DNA from: a virus
Taxonomy: Duplodnaviria > Caudoviricetes
Strand: one strand, 5' to 3'
Length of the DNA: 55,792 nucleotides
IMG/VR virus record: IMGVR_UViG_3300048592_000081
Span: 1-55,792 of that record
This document shows positions 28,901 through 37,221 of this stretch, piece by piece. The notes beneath the pieces were generated by a model. The model worked only from the letters and a program-made list of their open reading frames with translations. It searched no databases and was not told the DNA's origin. Numbering within the stretch: position 1 is the stretch's first letter; the number at the start of each line of letters is the position of its first letter. The position numbers and the translations under genes were made by a program.

Positions 28901-29087
28901 TGTACGGGACGGTCGAGTTCTTCCACTTGCCGACATAAGCGCCGGGCTGATTGATGTAGCGGTACTTCTCCGCAGCCTGAGAAACGCTGACGTTCTCAGG
29001 AGGCGTAAGCATCTGAGCGAGATCACGAATGATCTCGCCGACCGACTTATAGGTCTTCTTCGCTTTCGGTTTCCTGATGTTCGCCAT
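25935..29087 (-). CDS. terL: terminase large subunit (lambda GpA family), intein-containing
   Basis: PYM.EPM, GPAQSAK/T P-loop, ESSP, GD.RRW..PCP.C, IDVQ, DSGG, RNEAWD motifs. Confidence 0.95.
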   Translation of the reverse strand: MANIRKPKAKKTYKSVGEIIRDLAQMLTPPENVSVSQAAEKYRYINQPGAYVGKWKNSTVPYMVEPMDTFISRRYTGMIFVGPAQSAKALDIRTRIATPSGWTTMGDLRVGDVIFSDEGKPTRVTLATEVMHNHQCYRVVFDDATSIVADAEHRWLCDDDVRECARVLTTDEIAKTFKYRKIRNRYAIKNAKALDLPKIDLPIDPYMLGIWLGDGHSYGNYLTLRDEDMPSITKKIESAGYVVESKHDVTQASYTVTIDPNPSNRLTHTFRKTLNCIGLLSTAEWPVSKRIPQIYQRASIEQRWELLRGLNDTDGCVANNITVEFSTSEDCLRDGYLQLCNGLGIKAHVRESVPTYTYKGEKKQGQKSWKIAWTPTSEQRPFNLERQMLKLRSRTVKKRPTHTGRRRIVNVTPVDSVPVRCIQVDAPSHLFLAGRQMVPTHNTDSLIINGILYSVKVDPMDMMVVCPTMLDARDFGIRRIDRLHRHTPEVGEMLLPTADADNRFDKQYTSGMLLTLSWPTPSQLAGKPIGRIVLTDRDRMPDDIDGDGEPFDLASKRTTTFGSYAMTVAESSPSREVSNPKWIPQTPHEAPPCEGILKLYNRGDRRRWFWPCPFCDQYFEGKFTHLTWDNDLAGTNMDKASTVRMVCPHCGEKIHPDYREDMQMFGIWVKDTQGVDKDGRIFGPSPRTSIASFWLRGVAAAFVSWRALVENYLNANDEYQRTGSEEALKKFYNNDLGEPYYPKSANDTRLPEVLKARAEKFAERKVPEGVRFLVAVIDVQKNMFVVQVFGILPGIKFDMVLVDRYDIRKSKRTDDDGEHLWVKPNTYLEDWDEITEHVIEKEYELDDGSGRLMSIRFVGCDSGGRSGVTSMAYSYYRKLREDNKHRRFILLKGDTLPNHPRTRITYPDSQRKDMKSGARGDIPLLMLNSNLIKDDLDGRLDCLEPGKGMYRFPDWMSDSWFAELCAETRTDKGWQNTAGLRNEAWDLSYYCIGLCVSELLRVENLNWADPPGWAAEWDKNDFVREPEKEVPFANSLKSSYDFAQFGKALA
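27762..28823 (-). mobile_element. 354-aa intein with LAGLIDADG homing endonuclease (class-3 signature)
   Basis: Starts ALD..T.I.TP.G; DAEHRW block B; LGIWLGDG and LRGLNDTDG; VRCIQV block F; ends PTHN with +1 Thr. Confidence 0.95.
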
Positions 29088-29676
29088 ACCTGTTCTCGGG
29101 AGTCTTGAAGCGTTCCTCGATTCTCTTCACGGTTTCCTCAAGCATCCCGTGCGTGAGCCCCTTGATGATGCTGCGCTGTCGCTCGGTCAGTTCGGCATTC
29201 CGCTCGACACCATCGAGCATCAGCAGTGTCGACATCTTGATGATCTTGAAGACCTCGCTGACTTCCTCGATCACCTTCTCCGTTCGCCAAAGGATGCCGG
29301 CCTTTTCCTCGAAGTCCTGACGGCTTCGTTGCCCTGCCCAAAACTCCTTCGTCAAGTCCTTCGGCAAGTCCTTGTACGACATCTTCAGGATAGCCTGCTC
29401 AATGTCCTGGAACGGCTTGACGATGAATGGCGCTACGTCGGCAATGTGGTAGATGTCAGAACCGTTTCGCCTGCCTGACGGCTTGATGTTGTTCTCGAAT
29501 ATCTTCTTGCGGATCGTCCGGTAGTCGCTGCGGAAGATCACTTCAAGTTGAGCAATGTTGCAGCCTTGGAAGATCATCTCCCGGCTGGCATCGTCGACCG
29601 ACGCGCTACCTCGACCGACGTCGACCTTCTTAATCTCGGCCGAAGCGGTCACGACCGTCCCGCTGGCTCTAGCCAT
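29047..29676 (-). CDS. terS: terminase small subunit (DUF1441-like)
   Basis: Directly upstream of TerL; N-terminal wHTH-like region and DLP..L.KEFW...R..FE..AG.LW motif; alternative ATG at 29682. Confidence 0.85.
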   Translation of the reverse strand: MARASGTVVTASAEIKKVDVGRGSASVDDASREMIFQGCNIAQLEVIFRSDYRTIRKKIFENNIKPSGRRNGSDIYHIADVAPFIVKPFQDIEQAILKMSYKDLPKDLTKEFWAGQRSRQDFEEKAGILWRTEKVIEEVSEVFKIIKMSTLLMLDGVERNAELTERQRSIIKGLTHGMLEETVKRIEERFKTPENRYGEHQETESEEDL

Positions 29677-29878
29677 ACGCATGTTCCTTGATCAGCCTGT
29701 CGAGTGCGGGACGCGAGAGAAGCAGCAACGCTTCGATGTGGCGTGCGTGGTATCGCTGCAATGTCCTGCGTCCACTGCGGTACTGTGCGTAGGTCGGATA
29801 GGCGACACCGATCAGCCGGGCAGCATAGGTCGGACCTAGCCCGGTCGTCTTCTCGAAGTGAAGCAAAGCCTTGTTCAT
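29669..29878 (-). CDS. small HTH DNA-binding protein
   Basis: TYAARLIGVAYPTYAQYRSG HTH pattern; overlaps the terS start. Confidence 0.7.
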   Translation of the reverse strand: MNKALLHFEKTTGLGPTYAARLIGVAYPTYAQYRSGRRTLQRYHARHIEALLLLSRPALDRLIKEHAYG

Positions 29879-29900
29879 CGCACAGCGCATGTGTGCAATG

Positions 29901-29930
29901 AATATATCACGGAGAAAAAAACGTCCGCAA
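29901..29930 (-). promoter_or_regulatory. candidate sigma70-type promoter for the HTH/terminase/virion operon
   Basis: TTGCGG-N18-TATATT with extended TGn. Confidence 0.45.
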
Positions 29931-29970
29931 CGCGATACCGGGAGACCTTCGGATCTACGTTTGCGGACGT
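29915..29970 (-). terminator. terminator-like stem after the helicase
   Basis: ACGTCCGCAA...TTGCGGACGT 10-bp stem (30-nt structured loop) followed by a T-run. Confidence 0.55.
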
Positions 29971-30027
29971 GCGCCCAACGGTGGGCGCAAAGCCCCAACT
30001 CGCCGGGCTACTCTATCACGGTGAAAT

Positions 30028-31500
30028 TCAGGAATGACGATCCTTATTCCTCAACTTCCGAATCATGCGCTTGAGGATGGAGAACAGTTTCTCCTGCGCG
30101 TCCCCCTTGTTCTTCAGGCACTCATAGACATCCTCGTCGCGCGTGCCTTCCGCAACAAGCATCTCGACAATGACCGGGTTCTTCTGACCCTGCCGGTCAA
30201 GACGGCCGATGGTCTGAAGGTAATACTCAAGCGAGTAGATCAGGTCGAAGAACACGAGGATGTGCCCGCCGTGCTGCAGGTTGAGGCCGTGCCCTGCGCT
30301 CTGCGGATGGATCAGCAGCATCGGGATCTTCCCCTTGTTCCAATCCTTGATGCACTTCCCCTCCTTGTCCATGAGGGTTGCCTTCGGGAATGCCTTCCGC
30401 AGTCGTGCCAATGAGGATTGGAAGTAGTACGCGACAAGCAGCGTCTCCCCTTGTGTCTGCGCTTCCTCGTGCATCTCCTTGAGCGTGTCGATCTTGTGCT
30501 CATGCAGATGGTGGACTCGCTTGACCTTCTTCAGATCCTCGGTCTCGTAGTCCCCGACAAGCAGCGTCTCATAGACCGACCCTGACGCCATCTGCAGCAG
30601 CATGGATGACAGCATCGCGGCCGTCTTTGCCTCGATCTCCGTGCCATCGGTCAGCGTGATGATGAAGTCATGTTCGAGCTTGCGGATGAGATCGAGTTGG
30701 TGCTGCGACAACTTCACCTTGCGCTGTACGACAGTAGGCTCTGTGCGAGGCAGATAGTCCTTCGCTTTCATCACGAGCGTAATGTCGGCAATCTTTTCCA
30801 AGATCACGTCCTCGGCGCCAGGGCGCAACTTGTACTTCATTGAATACTTGTTGTAGCTGAAGTAGGCATCCCTGTACCAAGTGATGTTCTTGCCAAGACG
30901 ATGCCCGAGGTCAAGCAGATAGACCTGTGCCCATAGGTGCTCGTAGGTCTCGGCTGCAGGTGTCGCCGTCAACAAGTGCATTCGCGTGATCAGCCCATCG
31001 GTACGACGGACCTTGGCGAGAGCCTTGAATCGGGCTGTCTTATGGTCCTTTAGGGCTGAACTTTCATCAACTATGACCGTCCGGTACGGCCACTTCTCTT
31101 TCCAGAAATACACAAGCCATTCGACTTGCTCTCGGTTGATGACATGGATCGTTGCCGGATCGCGGGCGCAGTCTTCCTTGGTGCGACGCCCGTCAGCCCG
31201 GATCAACGTGTAGTTCATCCATGCTGTGTGCTGCCATGCCGCGATCTCGGTCGGCCAAGTGTCGGTAGCCACGCGCAGCGGCGCGATGACAAGTACCTTC
31301 TCGGTTGCGAACTCCTGCAGTAGATCGGAAATGACGGTGAGCGCCGAGACCGTCTTGCCCAAGCCCATGTCGATGCAGACAAGCGAGAACGGGTGTGCCA
31401 GCATGAACGGCACAGCGATGTCACGCTGATAGCCGTGCATCGCATCGCGGTCGCGCTCGACATGAGCAAACTTGGCGCGGATGCGGTCGTCAAAGGTCAT
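30028..31500 (-). CDS. SNF2-family helicase
   Basis: DMGLGKT, VIAPLRVA, IVDESS, LTATP, SAGHGLNLQ, Q.IGRL.RQGQ motifs. Confidence 0.95.
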   Translation of the reverse strand: MTFDDRIRAKFAHVERDRDAMHGYQRDIAVPFMLAHPFSLVCIDMGLGKTVSALTVISDLLQEFATEKVLVIAPLRVATDTWPTEIAAWQHTAWMNYTLIRADGRRTKEDCARDPATIHVINREQVEWLVYFWKEKWPYRTVIVDESSALKDHKTARFKALAKVRRTDGLITRMHLLTATPAAETYEHLWAQVYLLDLGHRLGKNITWYRDAYFSYNKYSMKYKLRPGAEDVILEKIADITLVMKAKDYLPRTEPTVVQRKVKLSQHQLDLIRKLEHDFIITLTDGTEIEAKTAAMLSSMLLQMASGSVYETLLVGDYETEDLKKVKRVHHLHEHKIDTLKEMHEEAQTQGETLLVAYYFQSSLARLRKAFPKATLMDKEGKCIKDWNKGKIPMLLIHPQSAGHGLNLQHGGHILVFFDLIYSLEYYLQTIGRLDRQGQKNPVIVEMLVAEGTRDEDVYECLKNKGDAQEKLFSILKRMIRKLRNKDRHS

Positions 31501-31858
31501 CGTGAATCACGACGTAAGTGAAGACGGGCTTGTTCAACGCACACATTTGGTCGATCATGTCCTTAGTCCCTCGGCTCTTGCCGTCCCATACAGCAACTAG
31601 AGCATCCGCGAGGTTCGCCATCTGAGCATTGCGTTTGAATCCTGCTGTGCGATCCAAGGCACCGTCCTTGTCTTTCCATGCGGCATAGAAACGCTCTACG
31701 GGCAGTCCGCACGATCGAGCGTATTGCAAGGCCAGTGTGTCGACACCACGGGCCATGCCGCTGAAGATCACAGTCGGTTTGAAACCGCTGCTCTTGACGG
31801 CACGCTCGACGGCAGTGATATCGGTAATGGTACGACTGCCAGCAATGACGACTTTCAT
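31490..31858 (-). CDS. SLOG-superfamily (YspA/DUF2493-like) protein
   Basis: IAGSR, SG.ARGVD, AG..RN..M, WDGKSRGT motifs. Confidence 0.85.
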   Translation of the reverse strand: MKVVIAGSRTITDITAVERAVKSSGFKPTVIFSGMARGVDTLALQYARSCGLPVERFYAAWKDKDGALDRTAGFKRNAQMANLADALVAVWDGKSRGTKDMIDQMCALNKPVFTYVVIHDDL

Positions 31859-32070
31859 TTGGGTTTGTCTGAATAGGAAGGATCAAAATAGCCGTATGCC
31901 CAATAGGCGACAGTAGTCCCGCAATCGTCACATCGATATTCAATTTCCATTGCCGGGCCATCGCCGTTTGGCAAGACTTCTAGGTGACTACGACAGATGT
32001 CTTTGAACGTCTCGCACCGGCACTTGAAGCAGCGCTTCGGAGAACCGTCTTCGTAGTAGTTGTCGCTCAT
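31855..32070 (-). CDS. small Zn-ribbon protein
   Basis: CFKC...CDDC, WAYG; ATGA-coupled on both sides. Confidence 0.7.
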   Translation of the reverse strand: MSDNYYEDGSPKRCFKCRCETFKDICRSHLEVLPNGDGPAMEIEYRCDDCGTTVAYWAYGYFDPSYSDKPK

Positions 32071-32351
32071 TTCAAGATCGCCCTCGCCTGATCCAGATCA
32101 TCCACGCAGTAGACCTCGCACGCCTGCGCTCGCAAGAGTCGCGCCACGTAAGCCTGCTGTGCTCGCGCGTCCTCGTCCTTCCGCTTGACCTCGATCCAGA
32201 CATGCCTGCCGTCCCGCACGGCGTAGACGTCGGGCATGCCGCGACGCGACGGGCTCGTGATCTTGACGGCGAACCACCCTCGGATGTGCGCGAAGTCGAT
32301 GATGTCCGACTGAATGTCGGATTCGAGTTCTTTCGGTGGCTCGAATCTCAT
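32067..32351 (-). CDS. VRR-NUC domain nuclease
   Basis: LES.IQ, G.PD, WIEVK, Q motif; ATG 32351 overlaps the polymerase stop. Confidence 0.9.
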   Translation of the reverse strand: MRFEPPKELESDIQSDIIDFAHIRGWFAVKITSPSRRGMPDVYAVRDGRHVWIEVKRKDEDARAQQAYVARLLRAQACEVYCVDDLDQARAILK

Positions 32352-33394
32352 CTCATTTCCTTCTTGCACTTGCCGCACATGGCACGTCCCTCGGGTTGTT
32401 CGTCCGTTTCGATCCAGGAGTCACGGATGGACTCACGGCCCTTGCCGCACAGCGCAATGTCACGTTTGACGTCGACAACGTGGTAGGTCTTCTGATCGGG
32501 CAAGCGGGCGATGATCCGGCCGCTTCGGCCGCGAAGTCGCGGGTCGTCCGTCTTGGCGCCAACGTCCTGCAGGATGGCGTATGCCTCGCGGATGTAATGG
32601 TCGTAGTCAATGTCGTGCGGCACGTAGGGCAACAGTTCCATCATTGTCTTCGCTCCGATGGTCTGCGGGACACTGTTGCCGTTCTTCTTGTACTTGAAGC
32701 CGCCTCGGACGTCCTTGCTGTAGTACCAGCGCAGAGCTTTGCCGATCTCTATTCCATCCTGATCAACGGCACCGCCAGTGACACGACGAACGGTCAGGAA
32801 CTTGCGAGGGTCGGCACACCACTCGATCGTTTCCTCGATCGGCGTGCCGTGCTTCAGGTACTCGACGACAGCCTCGGTGCAGATGTCCATGTCGGGGTTC
32901 TTCTTGAGCCCCGCTGCTCCGGGTAGACCACGGCCGGATGCCGTGAAAGCGCCTTTCGTCTTGACCTTGCCGTCCTTGTCGATTGCCACGTAGCTGTTCA
33001 CGTCGCGGCTATGAAGCGAACGGTACTCGGTCTCTTCGAGGCTGAAGCCCGTGCGCCGCTCCCATTCCAAGCACGCCTGATTGAACTCATCGCGGCAATC
33101 CCGAGGAACCTTGGTGACAAAGCCGTCTGTGTTGGCACTGACGACATTGATCATTCGTTCTTCGAGTTCTTCGATCAACATGAGGATCGACAACTGCCCG
33201 GTCAGCGTTGTCTGGATCATCAGGTTCGGGCTGTAGAGCGCCGAGAATGGCGAGCCGAATTTACCGAATGAGCCGTTCAACGTCAGTTTAAGAGACTCCG
33301 CAGTGTTCTTAGCCTCCATTTGTTCGGCCTCAAGTTGAGCGAGTTCAACTTCTAGACGAGCAATCTCAGAGCGCAATGAATTTGCGTCGCGCAT
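32348..33394 (-). CDS. family-B DNA polymerase, C-terminal subunit
   Basis: Motif B KLTLNGSFGK, motif C variant SANTDG, DVNSY, K.KG; own GAGGAGG SD. Confidence 0.9.
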   Translation of the reverse strand: MRDANSLRSEIARLEVELAQLEAEQMEAKNTAESLKLTLNGSFGKFGSPFSALYSPNLMIQTTLTGQLSILMLIEELEERMINVVSANTDGFVTKVPRDCRDEFNQACLEWERRTGFSLEETEYRSLHSRDVNSYVAIDKDGKVKTKGAFTASGRGLPGAAGLKKNPDMDICTEAVVEYLKHGTPIEETIEWCADPRKFLTVRRVTGGAVDQDGIEIGKALRWYYSKDVRGGFKYKKNGNSVPQTIGAKTMMELLPYVPHDIDYDHYIREAYAILQDVGAKTDDPRLRGRSGRIIARLPDQKTYHVVDVKRDIALCGKGRESIRDSWIETDEQPEGRAMCGKCKKEMR

Positions 33395-34034
33395 CTCGTG
33401 CCTCCTCTAACGTCTGAAAGTAGCCTAAGTATTCACGGACACCATCTCTTGTTGCTCTGACAACAAAACCACCGTCTTTATGGGGAGTAATACCTCGCTC
33501 GCCAGTTGAAGACGAACACCAGACCGTTTCATTCGAGATCGCAGTTACCGCATCATCCCGATTCGCAAAGAACTTGCGCTCAAAATTATTACGAGCTTTG
33601 AACGCAAGTTCAGCAGAATCAAATCTTCCAATTCGATAACGCACATGCTCAAAGTCCATGCGAGCCTCAAATCTCCCCTTTATTTGAACAACTCCGGTGA
33701 ATCCACTTGTATTGTTCTTAAACTTCCTGCGGTTCAAACATTGTGTGGTTCTCGTCGCCCACTTGCAATTGGCAGGCGAATATCCCTTGTCATTGTCCAT
33801 GCGCTCAATAGTGAAATTTTCACTTGGGCGAGCACCCATGTCTTGCACAAATTTCTCAAAGTGTTTCCAGCGCGGTGCAACCTTAATTCCACGGCCACCG
33901 TAGTTCTCATAGCCGGGGAAGTTCGGATTTGTGCATCGCTGCCACATGCCCGACCAACAGTAGTACAAGGGGTGGTCTCTAGGCGCATAGCCCTCAATCG
34001 GCACGTTGCGCGGGTGGTAAGTTCGGTTTGGCAT
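33366..34034 (-). CDS. HNH homing endonuclease with AP2-like DNA-binding domains
   Basis: W..M..RC.N, YGGRGI, TIERMDNDKGY.P.NC.WAT, NTSGFTGV; low GC; overlaps both polymerase halves. Confidence 0.92.
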   Translation of the reverse strand: MPNRTYHPRNVPIEGYAPRDHPLYYCWSGMWQRCTNPNFPGYENYGGRGIKVAPRWKHFEKFVQDMGARPSENFTIERMDNDKGYSPANCKWATRTTQCLNRRKFKNNTSGFTGVVQIKGRFEARMDFEHVRYRIGRFDSAELAFKARNNFERKFFANRDDAVTAISNETVWCSSSTGERGITPHKDGGFVVRATRDGVREYLGYFQTLEEARDARRKFIAL

Positions 34035-35175
34035 CTTCAATCCTTCGCAACTCGGCCTTCAAAGCGGCAATGCGCTTTTTCACTTCGTCAATCTTCTTCC
34101 CGATTGTACCGATACTCTTCTTCGCCGCGATGCGCCGGGCAAAAATGCGGCTGTAGATTTTCAGGAAGTGCGGGCCAATGTGCTTCGGGTACAACTCGCT
34201 CCGAAGAATGATCATCGGATAGTAGGAGGTCACGTCACGATCGAGAAGGACAAACTCATCGTCGCTGTAGTGACTGGATCGCGTCTCCGACGAATGCAAG
34301 CCTCCAATCCCCATGCGGTAAACCGAGCGCCCCATCTCAATCTTCAAGTCCTTCAGATAGTCGGGCATCTTGACGACGCCCGCCCGATCGACGACAAACT
34401 TGGTTCGACGAATGCCGTCGAGTACCTCGCGCATCGTCGGGGTCTGGAACTGAATGAAGTCCGGCACCTCGTAGTTGAAATAGCCGGGCTCGACGTCAGG
34501 CGCGTACAACTTTCGCCCCGTCGCCCGCTCGATCTCGGTCTTGATCACAGCCTCCGCGATCTGAGCGTCCGACTTGCTGCGCAGATCCACGCCGTACTCA
34601 ACGCTCATCATCGCGCGCAACTGCAACTGCGCCTTCAACTCGTCAAGCATGTCATGCGTCACATCCAGGTCGTTGCCGTGGTACGCGCGCAGCACCTCGA
34701 TCTTGTTCTCGTCAATGCGGTCATCCACCTCGATCGGCAGTTCCTGCATCTTCCGAGAGTGCATGCGGCCGGCGTAAATCTTCAAGCTCGGCATCTGCGG
34801 AGCACCGGGGCTCACGGACATGAGATCGATGCAATCGAAGAAGTCCGGGACCGTCAGCCCGAGCCTGTCGAGCATCGTCCACCAAGGCACTCCGTACTGA
34901 ATCAATTCATCGCTGGCACGCTTGAGTTCGCCGTTCGTGGCGCCACTCATCGCGTACAGGATCATCGGAATGTCGTAGGCTTTGAAGTTGAAGCCGACCA
35001 CGCGCCACTTGCGGAAGATCGTCGCAATACTCTTGCGGTCAAGCGGGCTGTCATTCCACTTCTCAAAGACGCGCACGCGACCGTCAGCGGCAGACTTGAA
35101 GCCGATTGACCAATAGTTGACGTAGCACTCCGTATCGCAGAGAGCAATGGGGCGGTCTTCGGTGTAGTTGTTCAT
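33994..35175 (-). CDS. family-B DNA polymerase, N-terminal subunit (exonuclease plus motif A)
   Basis: DTE (ExoI), GFN...YD (ExoII), Y..ND (ExoIII), GGLHS, DVTSYYP (motif A); start uncertain (35175 or 35202). Confidence 0.9.
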   Translation of the reverse strand: MNNYTEDRPIALCDTECYVNYWSIGFKSAADGRVRVFEKWNDSPLDRKSIATIFRKWRVVGFNFKAYDIPMILYAMSGATNGELKRASDELIQYGVPWWTMLDRLGLTVPDFFDCIDLMSVSPGAPQMPSLKIYAGRMHSRKMQELPIEVDDRIDENKIEVLRAYHGNDLDVTHDMLDELKAQLQLRAMMSVEYGVDLRSKSDAQIAEAVIKTEIERATGRKLYAPDVEPGYFNYEVPDFIQFQTPTMREVLDGIRRTKFVVDRAGVVKMPDYLKDLKIEMGRSVYRMGIGGLHSSETRSSHYSDDEFVLLDRDVTSYYPMIILRSELYPKHIGPHFLKIYSRIFARRIAAKKSIGTIGKKIDEVKKRIAALKAELRRIEDAKPNLPPAQRAD

Positions 35176-35179
35176 CGCC

Positions 35180-35211
35180 GAAACAAGAACGCCCGGCATC
35201 ACCCGGGCGTT
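35180..35211 (-). terminator. intrinsic terminator after SSB
   Basis: AACGCCCGG-N6-CCGGGCGTT stem followed by CTTGTTTC. Confidence 0.6.
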
Positions 35212-35243
35212 GCGGTCACTACTGGTTGTGGATCAGCGAACGA

Positions 35244-35894
35244 TCACAGACCGTCGTCGTCATCGCGGTCCATGCCGTCACCGGCCGGGCCTTCACCGTC
35301 GTCCTCGTTGCTCCACGCATCACTGTCGTCGATGCGACCCTCACCGAACGGCTTGTCGTCGCGGATGAACTGCACGCCCACGAGGCCCGCGTTGAGCCGC
35401 TTCCCGTAGCCGGCACCGACCTTCTTCCCGTCCTGATACCACGGACGGATGAGGATGTGGCCCCAGCACCCACCGTAGATCATGTCGGCGATCTTCTCGG
35501 GCTCACTGACAAGCTCGCCACGCTTATTGCGCACGCTCGGCCGCCGTTCCTCGCGGGCCGAGACGATCCAGTGCCCACCGTAGGTGTCGGTCTTGTCGCT
35601 GTCGTCGCCATTGCGGCAGAACTTCTTGTCACTGCTCACCGTGGCGTTGTCGTTCTGCTTCAGCAGATCGTTCATCGCCTCAACGATCAGGTTCTTCGCC
35701 TCGACGTGCGTCTTCTTGGGCAGCATGCCGACGATGCCGTACTTCGGCTTCGCCTTGCTGTCCTCGTCACCACCCTTGCCGGCGTAAGGCTTGTCCAGGT
35801 GCGGGTACGAGAACCGGACGTTCTCGATCTTGATCATCCCGTTGGTGTACAGAATGGCGTTAGCAACGCGCTTCTTGATTTCCATCGTCGACAT
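35244..35894 (-). CDS. DUF2815-family ssDNA-binding/annealing protein
   Basis: NVRFSYP.L, RNGD, YGGCW, L.GVQF.RD...FG and an acidic tail; start MSTME at 35894. Confidence 0.9.
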   Translation of the reverse strand: MSTMEIKKRVANAILYTNGMIKIENVRFSYPHLDKPYAGKGGDEDSKAKPKYGIVGMLPKKTHVEAKNLIVEAMNDLLKQNDNATVSSDKKFCRNGDDSDKTDTYGGHWIVSAREERRPSVRNKRGELVSEPEKIADMIYGGCWGHILIRPWYQDGKKVGAGYGKRLNAGLVGVQFIRDDKPFGEGRIDDSDAWSNEDDGEGPAGDGMDRDDDDGL

Positions 35895-35895
35895 T

Positions 35896-37221
35896 TCACA
35901 GATCCTCTTCGGTTTCACGGTCTTCGTCGTTCTCGAACACGAGAGCCGACACGTCTTCCACCGCTGGCCGCTTGTCGGAAAGCGGAACCAGGGTGGCTCT
36001 GCCCGGTGGCTTGAACGCCAGGTCGGACATGAGTTCCTTGATCTCGTCGGGCTTCTTGCCGGCCTTGCGCAGCCGCTTCTCGGCTTGGTTCGGCGAGATC
36101 ATCTTCGATTGGTACAGGTCATCGCGCGGCACGCCGACCGACACGAGCGCATCGGCTGCCTTGCTCTCGCTCATGAACTTGCGCTTGCTGCGGCCCTCGA
36201 CGAACTTCATTCCGGGAATGTGCTCGCCGTCCTTTCCGCGACGCATGAGTTCGTCATCCATCGCAGCCCACCACGCTTCTGCCATCCGGCGATACGGATG
36301 CAGGCGGGCCAGTTGAGCGGTCGTCAGGCTACCGGCCTGCGCCATGTGCATCTTGAACGGTTCGAGGTCGTCGTCAAGTCGCGCCACGAAGTCGCGCATC
36401 TGCTCGACGGTCTGCGTCTCGTCACTGAACACGCCGCTGATCAGATCCTCTTGAAGTTTGGCGTTTGCAGCGCACGTCGCGCGAACCTTGCAGAACCGAC
36501 ATTGCTTCGGTCCAGGTGTGCGCGGTGCATCGAGGCGCCACGCTGCAGCCATTCGCTCACGACAGTAGTCCTCGAACTCACGCAGCCGCCTTGCGGTCGT
36601 GTGCCACTCATCGAAGTGGTTCAACCGAGGCTGATTGATCCTAATGATGAAGTCGTCGAAGCCGTAGTGCTCGAACCGCGGATCGCGCCACAACCCGATG
36701 GCATAGAGCATCAGTTGCGGGTTCTCTTCGGCGTAGACGATGTTGTCCGGCGAAGCACCAAACTTGTGATCGCACACCGTAGCACGCCCGGGACGCAACG
36801 CAGCGAAGTCGAGCGTGCCGCCTTGATTCGGGATCGGGGTGAGGTGTGAGAAATCAACGTGCAACTCCACTACCTGTTCGCCGGGCTCCCACTCGCAACG
36901 GTCTACGCAGAGGCCCGCGTGGTACAGCATCTCCGAGTCGATCTCGATGAGGTGCCCGGTGTCGATGTCTCGGCCGACCCATCGCTTCGTGCCGAGGTAA
37001 TGGTCTGGTCGACGTCCGGTGTTGAGCCAGTCTTCGGTAACGGCGTGAGCGACAGTTCCCCATGCCGCGTCGAATCCGGCCTCGTCGTCGGCCAGAACAT
37101 TAGGCACAAGACTGCCACTGCAAGCCAAGTACATATGGCTCGAAGAAGCTCCAAAAATGGAATGCTCTCCACCGTCTTTCGCCTTAGCCAGTGCGTCGAG
37201 GTTGATGTGGTGCTCTGTCAT
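35896..37221 (-). CDS. DUF2800 Cas4-like PD-(D/E)XK nuclease
   Basis: HS..GASS....C.GS, GT.AH, GTLD, D.KFG, N.QL.LYA.G, QPR, C.FC...C motifs; start probably MTEHH at 37221. Confidence 0.9.
   Translation of the reverse strand: MTEHHINLDALAKAKDGGEHSIFGASSSHMYLACSGSLVPNVLADDEAGFDAAWGTVAHAVTEDWLNTGRRPDHYLGTKRWVGRDIDTGHLIEIDSEMLYHAGLCVDRCEWEPGEQVVELHVDFSHLTPIPNQGGTLDFAALRPGRATVCDHKFGASPDNIVYAEENPQLMLYAIGLWRDPRFEHYGFDDFIIRINQPRLNHFDEWHTTARRLREFEDYCRERMAAAWRLDAPRTPGPKQCRFCKVRATCAANAKLQEDLISGVFSDETQTVEQMRDFVARLDDDLEPFKMHMAQAGSLTTAQLARLHPYRRMAEAWWAAMDDELMRRGKDGEHIPGMKFVEGRSKRKFMSESKAADALVSVGVPRDDLYQSKMISPNQAEKRLRKAGKKPDEIKELMSDLAFKPPGRATLVPLSDKRPAVEDVSALVFENDEDRETEEDL

Noticed and set aside
33366-34034. 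Group I intron or split intein in the polymerase
   Set aside because: The endonuclease ORF overlaps both halves, leaving no non-coding core; no Cys/Ser start or His-Asn end; the C-half has its own strong SD.
35896-37221. Cas4 as evidence of a CRISPR system
   Set aside because: DUF2800-type nuclease in its usual replication context; no array or other cas genes.
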